Assembly (NCBI GenBank): GCA_963745235.1
Contig: CAVUXE010000053.1
Span: 1 to 64,000, forward strand
DNA from: an uncultured Spirochaetota bacterium
Lineage (GTDB): Bacteria > Spirochaetota > Spirochaetia > SZUA-6 > Fen-1364
Length of the DNA stretch: 64,000 nucleotides
Direction: 5' to 3'
In this document: one piece after another, positions 43,625-52,925 of the stretch
Numbering within the stretch: the first letter of the stretch is position 1
Layout: every line of letters starts with the position of its first letter
Translations under genes and position numbers: made by a program
The notes under the pieces: model-generated
What the model was told of the DNA's origin: nothing
Database searches by the model: none
What the model saw: only the letters and a program-made list of their open reading frames with translations

Positions 43625-44251
43625 ATGAAGCTGCAGCTTGCCCTGGACATGGATTCCCTTGCGGCGGCGCGCGCCCTGCTGGAGAAGACCGCGGACCTCG
43701 TCGACATCGCGGAAGTGGGAACCCCGCTGGTGCTGCGGGAGGGGGCCGCGGCCATCCGAGCGCTGAAGAAAGAGTACCCGCACCTCCTGGTCCTCGCGGA
43801 CTTCAAGATCATGGATGCCGGCGCGGAGGAGGCGGCAATCGCCTTCGACGCCGGGGCAGACATTGTCACGGTGCTCGCCGCCGCGGAGACTGTCACGATC
43901 CAGCGGGCCTGCGACATCGCCGCCGACGCCGGCCGCGAAGTCATGGCGGACCTCATTGCCGTCGCGCACCCCGCGCGGCGCGCCGTGGAGATCGCATCCG
44001 CGGGGGTGACCTACCTGTGCTGTCACACGGCTTTCGACATGCAGCTCTCGGGGGCAGACCCCGCGCGTGAGCTCTCCGAGGTGCGCGCCGCGCTCCCCGG
44101 CGCGCGGATCGCCGCGGCAGGGGGCATCACGCCGCAGAGAATCGGCCTGCTGAAGCCGGCCGGGCCGGAAATCATCATTGTGGGCGGCTACGTCACGCGA
44201 GCAACCGACCCGCGCGCCGCGATCCAGGAGGTCAGCGCCGCAATGAGCTGA
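43625..44251 (+). CDS. hxlA: 3-hexulose-6-phosphate synthase
   Basis: MKLQLALD, EVGTP, LADFKIMDAG, HTAFDMQ, AGGI. Confidence 0.88.
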   Translation: MKLQLALDMDSLAAARALLEKTADLVDIAEVGTPLVLREGAAAIRALKKEYPHLLVLADFKIMDAGAEEAAIAFDAGADIVTVLAAAETVTIQRACDIAADAGREVMADLIAVAHPARRAVEIASAGVTYLCCHTAFDMQLSGADPARELSEVRAALPGARIAAAGGITPQRIGLLKPAGPEIIIVGGYVTRATDPRAAIQEVSAAMS

Positions 44252-44320
44252 TGCGGCCGGCCCTTTTGTCCATTTCTGGCGCGCTTTCGCGGTGGTATGA
44301 TTGGCCACCGAGGTGTGGAC

Positions 44321-45487
44321 ATGGCAAGAGAAACGTTGACCTCCCGTGAGCGGGTTCTGAGAGCCCTCGACCACACGACGCCGGATCGCGTGCCCATAGA
44401 TCTGGGCGGTTTCCAGACCGGCATCCACAGGAAAGCCTACGAGGCGCTGCTGCGGCACCTCGGCATCACGGAAGAGATCACCATCCTGGACCCGGTCCAG
44501 CAGCTTGCCCGGCCGTCAGAGCAGGTCCTGCAGCGCTTCCACGTGGACACGCGCTACCTCGGCGCCCATGGTCCGGACAGCTTTGCCGGCGGGATCAGGA
44601 AAAACACGCGCGGGGGGAAACAGTGGCACGACCTTCGCGACGAGTTTGGCGTGGTCTGGTCCATGCCGGAGGACCAGATGCTGTTCATGGACATTTCGCA
44701 TCATCCCCTGGCGGAAGCGACCGTCCAGGACATCGCCCGGTATCCTTTTCCCACGGGCAACGATCCCACCCGGTTCACGGGTGTCCGCGAGCAGGCCCTC
44801 ACCTTGCGGGGCTCCTCGGATGCGGCAATCTGCACGGCAATCGGCGGCGTGGTTTATGAAACCTGCTGGTACATGAGGGGCCTGGAGCGCTGGTTCATGG
44901 ACATGCTGGAGAACCCGGGCTTCTGCGAGGCCCTCCTTGACCGGGTCCTCGAGTACTGGCTGGGCTTCTATGACGGCTTCCTGGGAGAGGTCGGTGACCT
45001 GGTTGATGTCGTGATGATCGGGGATGATCTTGCCGGGCAGAACGGGCCCCTTTTCTCCCCCGCTTTCTACCGAAAGATCGTAAAGCCGCGGCAGAAAGCG
45101 CTCGTCCAGCACATCAAGACGCTGACACGGGCCCGGATCTGGTACCACACCTGCGGCTCGTGCGTCGAATATATTCCGGACCTGATCGACAACGGCGCTG
45201 ACATCCTGAACCCCGTGCAGATCAGCGCAAAAGACATGGACCCCCGGAGCCTGAAGCAGAGGTTCGGGGCGCGCATCACGTTCTGGGGCGGCGGTATCGA
45301 CGCGCAGCGCGTCCTGCCCTTTGGCTCGCCGCGGGACGTGAGAGACGAGGTTCATCGCAACCTGGACATCTTCAAGACCGGCGGGGGCTACGTCTTCAAC
45401 AACGTCCATAACATCCAGCACGGAGTCCCCGTGGAGAACATCGTGGCGCTTTTCGACGCGGCCTACGAGTTCGGCTTCTCCTCTTAA
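44321..45487 (+). CDS. Uroporphyrinogen decarboxylase / MtaA-CmuA methyltransferase family protein
   Basis: TSRERV...PDRVPIDLGG, GDDLAGQ, HTCG, LNPVQ, FWGGGIDAQ, VHNIQ. Confidence 0.85.
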   Translation: MARETLTSRERVLRALDHTTPDRVPIDLGGFQTGIHRKAYEALLRHLGITEEITILDPVQQLARPSEQVLQRFHVDTRYLGAHGPDSFAGGIRKNTRGGKQWHDLRDEFGVVWSMPEDQMLFMDISHHPLAEATVQDIARYPFPTGNDPTRFTGVREQALTLRGSSDAAICTAIGGVVYETCWYMRGLERWFMDMLENPGFCEALLDRVLEYWLGFYDGFLGEVGDLVDVVMIGDDLAGQNGPLFSPAFYRKIVKPRQKALVQHIKTLTRARIWYHTCGSCVEYIPDLIDNGADILNPVQISAKDMDPRSLKQRFGARITFWGGGIDAQRVLPFGSPRDVRDEVHRNLDIFKTGGGYVFNNVHNIQHGVPVENIVALFDAAYEFGFSS

Positions 45488-45798
45488 TCCATGTGGAAGA
45501 CTTCCGCGAGCTGGACCTGGACGGGTGAATTGTCCGGGTTGGTCTCCATGATGTCCGCCATGTATTTCCACCACTTCTTCACGATCGGGGTTTCGGGCAG
45601 GAGAGCCGACGTGTTGTGGTCCATGAGCTTCTGGAATGCAAAGAGCGTGAGGGTGGACGCGTCGAGGTAGATGGAGTAGTCGGACACGCCAGCCGCCTCC
45701 AGCTCCGTGAGAAGCTCGGGCCAGATCTCGTCATGGCGGCGCCGGTACTCGGCTTCGAATCCCTTCTTGAGCTTCATTGTGAATGCGGCACGTGTCAT
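45484..45798 (-). CDS. rhaM: L-rhamnose mutarotase
   Basis: AFTMKL, EYRRRHDEIWPE, DYSIYL, WWKYMADIM, EVFHMD. Confidence 0.93.
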   Translation of the reverse strand: MTRAAFTMKLKKGFEAEYRRRHDEIWPELLTELEAAGVSDYSIYLDASTLTLFAFQKLMDHNTSALLPETPIVKKWWKYMADIMETNPDNSPVQVQLAEVFHMD

Positions 45799-45821
45799 GG
45801 GCACTCCTGTTGCAGATCCTT

Positions 45822-46721
45822 CTACTGGTGGACGAAGGCGCTCCACCGCGACGGGGCTATGCCTGTCTTCTTGCGGAACAACCGGGAAAAATAGTACTGG
45901 TCATCGAATCCGAGGCGAAAGGCCACTTCCTTGATCGGCAGCGAGCCGGCCTCCAGGAGCTCCTTCGCCTTCCTGATCTTGATGCTGATGAAATACTGGT
46001 AGGGGGTCATGGCGGTGTAGGACTTGAACACCGCGTTGAGGTGGGACGTGCTCACCCCGAGGGTTCCCCCAATGCGGACCAGGTTCACTTCGCGGTCGAT
46101 GTTTTCTTCCATCAGGAACTTTGCCTTCTCAACGAGCCCCTCGGAGCTGGAATGCTGCACTGTTTTCCGTTCGTGGGCAAGCACCTCGGCAATCAGGGTG
46201 AGCACGAGCGAGCTTGCCCTGATCTGGTACAGGGGCTGCTGGTTTCTCACGAGCTCGAAGATCCTTCCATAGATGTCGAGAAGGCTGTTCTGAAGTCCCA
46301 CTTCGTAGGTGGGCTTCCGGGGCGAGAGGAAACCCTGATCCCGCAGCGTGTCCGCGTGGGGGCCCTTGAATCCGACCCAGTACTCGGTCCACCCGACGTC
46401 GAAGTCCGGCTTGTAATGATGACGGATTCCCGGGAAGATCATCATGACCGTTCCCGGGACGACCACGTGCGTCTTCTGGCTCGTTTCGAACACGCCGCGG
46501 CCCTTCGTGATGTAGACGATCTGGTATTCGACGAGGGTCCGCCCGACCGCCACCGACTTGAACGCCTGCGGGTGGCCTTCCTTGTTGGGCGGGTACCGTG
46601 TATGCGGAGGCACCTCGCTGTACCCGGCGTCGGTGCACACCAGCTGCCATTTCTCGTCTTCCTCACTGCAGGTGAGGTAGCGAAAGAAGGCGTTTCGGCC
46701 GTTCGGCTCGATCTGGCCCAT
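45822..46721 (-). CDS. AraC family transcriptional regulator
   Basis: Cupin N-terminus; C-terminal HTH IKEVAFRLGFDDQYYFSRLFRK. Confidence 0.92.
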   Translation of the reverse strand: MGQIEPNGRNAFFRYLTCSEEDEKWQLVCTDAGYSEVPPHTRYPPNKEGHPQAFKSVAVGRTLVEYQIVYITKGRGVFETSQKTHVVVPGTVMMIFPGIRHHYKPDFDVGWTEYWVGFKGPHADTLRDQGFLSPRKPTYEVGLQNSLLDIYGRIFELVRNQQPLYQIRASSLVLTLIAEVLAHERKTVQHSSSEGLVEKAKFLMEENIDREVNLVRIGGTLGVSTSHLNAVFKSYTAMTPYQYFISIKIRKAKELLEAGSLPIKEVAFRLGFDDQYYFSRLFRKKTGIAPSRWSAFVHQ

Positions 46722-46751
46722 CAAGCTCCTTATACCTCTTTTTCCTTTCCC

Positions 46752-46808
46752 GGACAAGTTTTGTCCATCCGCGGATTTTTGTTCCATCCCGTGGACTGAA
46801 TAGTCCAT
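46752..46808. promoter_or_regulatory. Three ~20-21-bp-spaced GGA...TCCAT boxes, putative AraC-type binding sites
   Basis: GGA starts at 46752, 46773 and 46793; TCCAT at 46764, 46783 and 46804; divergent intergenic region. Confidence 0.6.
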
Positions 46809-46845
46809 TCCGAGCAGCGGAGTCCCCGTTGGATACTGGAGCCAG

Positions 46846-48279
46846 ATGCACGAGCGCGGGGCACGAGGCAGGATCGGGCTTTTTGGCATTGGCCTGGACA
46901 CGTATTGGCCGCAGTTCAAAGGGCTGAAGGAACGCCTGCAGGGATACCAGGAGTACATCGCGGGACGCATCTCATCGCTTCACGTCGAGGTGGTTGACGC
47001 CGGGCTGGTCGACTCACCGGACAAGGCCCGGGCCGCGGCGCGGCTTTTCACCGAGCGCAACGTGGAGGCGATCTTCCTCTACATCTCGACATACGCCCTG
47101 TCGCATACCGTGCTTCCCGTGGCGCAGCAGGCCGGCGTCCCGATCATCGTCTTGAACCTCCAGCCGGTGCCCGCCATCGACTACGAGAAGTTCAACTCCC
47201 TCGGTGACCGCGGCGTCATGACAGGAGAGTGGCTCGCTCACTGCCAGGCCTGCTGCGCTCCTGAAATCGCCAACGTGTTCAACACCTGCGGGATCGACTA
47301 CAACCTCGTGACCGGGTGGCTGAAAGAGGAGTCCGCGTGGGAGCAGATCACCTCCTGGGTGGACGCCATCGCGGTCCGCGCGGAGATCCGCGACGCGCGG
47401 GTGGGCATCCTGGGGCATTACTACGAAGGGATGCTGGACGTCTATACCGATGTGACGCGTCTTGCCTCGGTATTCGGCACCCACTTCGAGCTCATCGAAA
47501 TGGACACGCTCAAGAGTCATCGCGACCGCGTGGGACCAGTGGCAATCCGCGACAAGCTCACCCAGTTCCAGAAGGAGTTCCGCGTGTCACCGGAATGCGA
47601 GACCTCCGAGCTTGAACGCGCCGCCAGGACCTCGTGCGCGCTGGACTCCCTGGTTGCAGACTCCCGCCTGGGCGCAATGGCATATTATTATGAGGGAGCC
47701 GGGGGAAACGATCATGAGGACATCGTGACGTCCGTCATCGCGGGCAACACGCTGCTCACGTCCCACAACGTCCCGATCGCGGGCGAATGCGAGGTCAAGA
47801 ATGTCATGGCGATGAAGATCATGGATTGCTTTGGAGCCGGGGGTTCCTTCTCCGAGCTCTACGCCGTAGACTTCAACGACGACGTGGTGCTCTGGGGCCA
47901 TGACGGGCCCGCTCATTCGGCAATCGCAGAGGGGCCCGTGGGCCTTGTGCCGCTGCCGGTGTACCATGGGAAGCCGGGCAAGGGTCTGTCCATCCAGATG
48001 AGCGTGCGTCACGGGCCGGTGACTCTCCTTTCGGTGGTGCAGGGAAGGGGCGGTACGACATTCCTTCTCACGGCGGAAGGAGAGGCGGTTCCCGGTCCGA
48101 CCCTGCAGATCGGGAATACCAACAGCAGGTACAGGTTCCCGCTGTCGGCCCGCGCGTTCACGGACCGCTGGTCGAGGGCGGGGCCGGCGCACCACTGCGC
48201 CATCGGCGTCGGGCACCTCGCCGACAGGGTTGACAAGCTCGCGCATCTCCTCAAAATCGAGTGTCTGAAGGTCTGTTGA
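46846..48279 (+). CDS. L-fucose/L-arabinose isomerase family protein
   Basis: GLDTYWPQF, AGECEVKN, GGSFSE, GHDGPAH, GNTNSRYRF, GPAHHCAIG. Confidence 0.82.
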   Translation: MHERGARGRIGLFGIGLDTYWPQFKGLKERLQGYQEYIAGRISSLHVEVVDAGLVDSPDKARAAARLFTERNVEAIFLYISTYALSHTVLPVAQQAGVPIIVLNLQPVPAIDYEKFNSLGDRGVMTGEWLAHCQACCAPEIANVFNTCGIDYNLVTGWLKEESAWEQITSWVDAIAVRAEIRDARVGILGHYYEGMLDVYTDVTRLASVFGTHFELIEMDTLKSHRDRVGPVAIRDKLTQFQKEFRVSPECETSELERAARTSCALDSLVADSRLGAMAYYYEGAGGNDHEDIVTSVIAGNTLLTSHNVPIAGECEVKNVMAMKIMDCFGAGGSFSELYAVDFNDDVVLWGHDGPAHSAIAEGPVGLVPLPVYHGKPGKGLSIQMSVRHGPVTLLSVVQGRGGTTFLLTAEGEAVPGPTLQIGNTNSRYRFPLSARAFTDRWSRAGPAHHCAIGVGHLADRVDKLAHLLKIECLKVC

Positions 48280-48294
48280 CAGGAGTCCATCAAA

Positions 48295-49798
48295 GTGGCT
48301 GACCGCATCCTTGAGCTTGCGCACATCACAAAGACCTTTCCGGGAGTGAAAGCCCTGGACGACGTGCATTTCGATCTGCTGCGCGGGGAGATCCATGCGC
48401 TCATCGGGGAGAACGGGGCCGGCAAGTCCACCCTCATCAAGGTGATCACCGGCGTCTACCAGCCGGACTCCGGCCAGATACTCCTGGACGGGGCACCGGT
48501 GGAGATCCACAGCACCGCTGATTCGCAGAAGCTCGGGATCGCCGCTATTTATCAGCACGTCACCTGCTACCCGGACCTGTCCGTCACGGAGAACATCTTC
48601 ATCGGCCATGAGAAAATCCAGCCCCTGACCCGAAAGATCGACTGGAAGGACCTTCACCAGAGGGCGGGAGAGCTGCTCGCGCAACTGGATGCGGATTTCG
48701 ATCCCCGTGCGCCCATGGGGAACCTTTCCGTGGCGCAGCAGCAGATCGTTGAGATCGCCAAAGCGCTTTCAACGAACGCGCGCATCATCATCATGGACGA
48801 ACCGACTGCGCCTCTGACTGCCCGCGAGAGCGAGGACCTTTACCGGACCACGGAAGGGCTGCGCGACAAGGGAGTCTCCATCATCTTCATCTCCCACCGC
48901 ATGGAGGACATGTACCGCCTTGCCGAGCCGGGTGACCGTGTTCCGGGATGCCCGCTACGTGGGCACGTGGAACCTGAACGAGGTGAAGCGGGAAGAGCTC
49001 ATCATGGCCATGGTGGGCCGCGAGATCACGCAGTTCTTCCCGAAACGCAAGGTCGCCATCGGAGAGGAGATCTTCCGCGTGGAAGGACTCTCCCGCACCG
49101 GGTACTTCAAGGACGTGTCGTTTTCCGTTCGCAAGGGGGAAATCCTCGCCATGACGGGCCTGATCGGGGCTGGCCGCACCGAGGTGTGTGAATCCATCTA
49201 CGGTGTCACGCACCCCGACAAGGGACGCATCATCCTGAACGGCAGGGAGCTGCACATCGCCAATCCCGCCCAGGCAATCGAGCTGGGCATCGGCTACCTT
49301 CCGGAGGACCGTCTGCGCCAGGGCCTCGTGCTGGAGTGGGAGCTTTCCAAGAACGTGACGCTTCCGACCCTGAAACAGTTCGCCACGCTGGGCTGGCTCC
49401 ATCCGAAGAAGGAAAACGAGGTCACCAAGGAGCTCGCGGAAAAGCTGGAGGTGCGCGCGGGCAGCGTCTTCGACCTGGCCGCCACGCTGTCTGGCGGGAA
49501 CCAGCAGAAGATCATCGTCGCCAAGCTTCTTGCCGGCACCATGAAGGTCATCATCCTTGATGAGCCGACCAAGGGCGTGGACGTGGGAGCCAAGACCGCC
49601 ATCTTCAATATCATGAACGATCTTGCAGAGATGGGGTATGGAATCATCATGGTCTCCTCGGAGATGGCGGAGGTGCTGGGCATGAGCGACAGGATTGTCG
49701 TCATGCGGGACGGGCGGGTCGCCGCCACCATGGACACGGCCGGCAGCACCCAGGAGCAGATCCTCCGCGCCGCCATGCCGGAGACGGTGCACGCATGA
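48295..49798 (+). CDS. Sugar (rhamnose) ABC transporter ATP-binding protein (frameshift near 48925)
   Basis: GENGAGKST, MDEPT, LSGGNQQK, LDEPTKGVDVG. Confidence 0.93.
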
Positions 49799-50781
49799 GG
49801 CGGGCCGCTTCGTTCACGGAGAGCTTCCGAGAGCTGGGTCTCCTGGTCTTCATCGTCGTGATCTGCGCGATTTTTCAGGTCCGCAACCGCAACTTCCTCA
49901 CCCTTGAGAACATCCAGGACCTCCTGACGAACACGGCCATCCTGAGCATCATGTCCGTCGGCATGATGATGGTCATCCTGACTCGAGGAATCGATCTCTC
50001 CGTCGGGGCCGTCGTCGCCCTGGCGGGCATGGTCAGCGCGCTCACGGTGCAGTACTTCCGGGGCATCTCCCCGGTCGTCTCGATCCTGGAGGCGGTTGCC
50101 GTGGGGACCGCGGCGGGCGTGCTCATCGGGCTCCTCGTGGCCCGCTTCAACGTCTTGCCCATCATTGCGACCCTCGGCACCATGAACATCATCCGCGGCT
50201 TCACCTACGTGATCAGCGGGGGCGCCTGGGTGAGCTCGTACCAGATGTCACGGGGATTCAAGGAGATCGCCACGGGAGAGGTGCTGGGGGTGAGCAACCT
50301 CATCATCGTTGCCGTGGTCATCAACGTGCTGTTCTTCTATTTCATCAACCACATGCGCACCGGGCGCCAGATCTATGCCGTGGGCTCGAACCCCGAGGCG
50401 GCGGACATTTCGGGCATTCCGCGCCGGCGGATCGTCTGGCTGGTGTACACCCTCATGGGCGCCTTGTCGGGGCTCGGTGGCGTGATCTGGGTGGCCAAGT
50501 TCGCCTCCGCGCAAAGCGACACGGCAACGGGGTTCGAGCTCTCCGTCATCGCCGCCACGGTGCTGGGCGGCGTGAGCATAGCGGGAGGAAGCGGGAAGGT
50601 GTCGGGGCTGATCCTGGGGACAATTCTCCTGGGCATCCTGAACAACGCGCTGCCCCTCATCAACGTTTCCCCGTTCTGGCAGCAGGCCATCCAGGGAATC
50701 GTGATCCTGGCGGCCGTGCTCACGAACGTGCTGGTCAAGAGGAACAGCCAGAGATTTGCGCTGCGAAGGCGCGCCATTTAG
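49795..50781 (+). CDS. Sugar ABC transporter permease
   Basis: GIDLSVG, GRQIYAVGSN, FELSVIAATVLGG. Confidence 0.93.
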   Translation: MRRAASFTESFRELGLLVFIVVICAIFQVRNRNFLTLENIQDLLTNTAILSIMSVGMMMVILTRGIDLSVGAVVALAGMVSALTVQYFRGISPVVSILEAVAVGTAAGVLIGLLVARFNVLPIIATLGTMNIIRGFTYVISGGAWVSSYQMSRGFKEIATGEVLGVSNLIIVAVVINVLFFYFINHMRTGRQIYAVGSNPEAADISGIPRRRIVWLVYTLMGALSGLGGVIWVAKFASAQSDTATGFELSVIAATVLGGVSIAGGSGKVSGLILGTILLGILNNALPLINVSPFWQQAIQGIVILAAVLTNVLVKRNSQRFALRRRAI

Positions 50782-50791
50782 GGAGTTGCAG

Positions 50792-51832
50792 GTGGAGAGG
50801 TCCATTCGGGTCGAGAGACTGTGGAGCTGGCGCACGTTCTTCCTGCAGTGGGAATGGCTCCTGGTGCTGATCTTCATCGCCGTCAACGTCATCAACAGCA
50901 CCCTCTCACCGTACTACTTCACGGCTGACACGTTCCTCCAGACCCCCATGACGTTCCTGGACATGGCCTTCCTCGTGCTCCCCATGACCATGGTCATCAT
51001 CCTCGGGAACATCGATATCTCCGTCGGCTCCACCGTCGCGCTTTCCGCGGTGGTCATGGCCGTGGCCTACAACGCGGGCCTGCCCATGGTGCCGGCCGTG
51101 CTCCTGTGCCTCCTGGTGGCCAGCGCGTGCGGCTTCATCAACGGCCTCCTCATGACGAGGTTCAAGGAGCTGTCCTCCGTCATCGTGACCCTGGCCACCA
51201 TGATCATCTACCGCGGCATAGCCTACGTGATCCTGCAGGACCAGGCGGCAGGGAAGTTCCCGAAATGGTACTCCTCACTCGGCTGGGGGTCGGTGGGCAA
51301 GGTGCCCATCATCCTCATCGTGTTCGCCATCTGCGCGGTGATTTTCGGGCTGCTCCTGCACAAGACGAGCTTCGGGCGAAAGATCTACGGCATGGGCAGC
51401 AACCTGACCGCCTCCCGCTACTCGGGGGTCAAGACTGACTCCATCATCATGATCGTGAGCGTGCTGACCGGTCTCATGGCCGGGTTCACGGCTCTCTTCC
51501 TCACCTCGCGCATGGGGAGCACCCGGCCGAACGTTGCCCAGGGCTACGAGCTTTCCGTGATCGCAATGGTGGTCCTGGGCGGCGTGAGCACCTCCGGGGG
51601 CAAGGGGAGGATCGCGGGGCCGCTTCTTGCAATTTTCATCATCGGCTTCCTGAACTACGGGCTCGGGTTGGTGAACGTCCAGGCGCAGGTGCTCTTGATA
51701 ATCGTGGGGTTCCTTCTGATTCTTTCGGTTCTCGTTCTCAACGTCAGGTTTCGTGGACGGTACCAGCGTTCGGTGCCCTCGGCGACGAAAAAGGTCGCCG
51801 CTCAGGAGCATCCGAACGACAACACTCCATAA
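50792..51832 (+). CDS. Sugar ABC transporter permease
   Basis: IDISVGS, RMGSTRPN, YELSVIAMVVLGG. Confidence 0.93.
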   Translation: MERSIRVERLWSWRTFFLQWEWLLVLIFIAVNVINSTLSPYYFTADTFLQTPMTFLDMAFLVLPMTMVIILGNIDISVGSTVALSAVVMAVAYNAGLPMVPAVLLCLLVASACGFINGLLMTRFKELSSVIVTLATMIIYRGIAYVILQDQAAGKFPKWYSSLGWGSVGKVPIILIVFAICAVIFGLLLHKTSFGRKIYGMGSNLTASRYSGVKTDSIIMIVSVLTGLMAGFTALFLTSRMGSTRPNVAQGYELSVIAMVVLGGVSTSGGKGRIAGPLLAIFIIGFLNYGLGLVNVQAQVLLIIVGFLLILSVLVLNVRFRGRYQRSVPSATKKVAAQEHPNDNTP

Positions 51833-51845
51833 GGAGGAGGACGCT

Positions 51846-52898
51846 ATGCGGAAGTTTCTTATCAGGGCTGCCGTGATCACAGCGATCATGGCAATTGCAC
51901 TTCCCGTCGCGCTTTTCGCGGGCGGCAGCGGGGAGAAGCAGGGCGGCACCATGTCGGCCGGGGGAGCAGCGAAGTACGCCATCGTGTTCAAGAACACGGG
52001 GAACCCCTACGGCGACAGGCAGATGGGCGGATTCAAGGCAGGCATCGAGGAGCAGGGATTCCAGGCAATCCTGCGCGCTCCCGATCAGCCAACGGCCGAG
52101 GCGCAGATCCAGATCCTGGAGCAGCTCATTTCCCAGAAGGTGGCGGCAATCTGCATCGTCGGCAACGACAAGGATGCCCTGCAGCCGGTCCTCCAGAAGG
52201 CCATGAGCCAGGGCATCAAGGTGTTCTCCCTGGACTCCGGGGTCAACCCGCAGAGCCGGCTGGTCCATGTGAACCAGGCGGACTCTGAAAAGATCGGGAC
52301 GACGCTCATCGAAGCCGCCTTTGACATGTCCGGCGGAAGCGGCGATATCGCCATCCTTTCGGCGACCAGCCAGGCGACAAACCAGAACCTCTGGATCGAC
52401 TTCATGAAGAAGACGCTCGCGCTGCCGAAGTACGCGAACCTTCACCTGGTGAAGATCGCTTACGGTGACGACATCCGCGACAAGTCGGTGTCCGAGGCGG
52501 AGGGCCTTCTGCAGTCGTTCCCGAACCTGAAGGTCATCATAGCCCCCACCACGGTCGGAATTGCCGCAGCGGGCAAGGTTCTCACGGACAAGGGTCTTGG
52601 CGGCAAGGTGTTCCTCACGGGCTTGGGTTTGCCCTCTGAGATGGCCACCTACATCGAGAACGGCGTCTGCCCCTACATGTTCCTGTGGAACCCCATCGAC
52701 GTCGGGTACCTCGGAGCGTATACCGCCACGGCGCTCGTGAGCGGCAAGATCACGGGCAAGGTTGGTGAGAAGTTCACCGCCGGACGCCTCGGTGAAAAGG
52801 TCATCACGCAGGCACCGGACGGCGGGACCGAAGTCCTGCTCGGGCCCCCGTTCAAGTTCGACAAGGCGAACATCGAGGACTGGAAGAAGGTTTATTAG
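51846..52898 (+). CDS. Rhamnose ABC transporter substrate-binding protein
   Basis: KNTGNPY, ILSATSQATNQNLWI, YGDD, IAPTTVGI, TGLGLPSEM, LWNPID. Confidence 0.9.
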   Translation: MRKFLIRAAVITAIMAIALPVALFAGGSGEKQGGTMSAGGAAKYAIVFKNTGNPYGDRQMGGFKAGIEEQGFQAILRAPDQPTAEAQIQILEQLISQKVAAICIVGNDKDALQPVLQKAMSQGIKVFSLDSGVNPQSRLVHVNQADSEKIGTTLIEAAFDMSGGSGDIAILSATSQATNQNLWIDFMKKTLALPKYANLHLVKIAYGDDIRDKSVSEAEGLLQSFPNLKVIIAPTTVGIAAAGKVLTDKGLGGKVFLTGLGLPSEMATYIENGVCPYMFLWNPIDVGYLGAYTATALVSGKITGKVGEKFTAGRLGEKVITQAPDGGTEVLLGPPFKFDKANIEDWKKVY

Positions 52899-52925
52899 GC
52901 CGACGCCCAGGAGGCGCCGGTCGAA

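Noticed and set aside
42180-44251. Methylotrophy via the RuMP cycle
   Set aside because: hps/phi alone are widespread for detoxification or pentose synthesis, and no methanol or methylamine oxidation genes are in the window.
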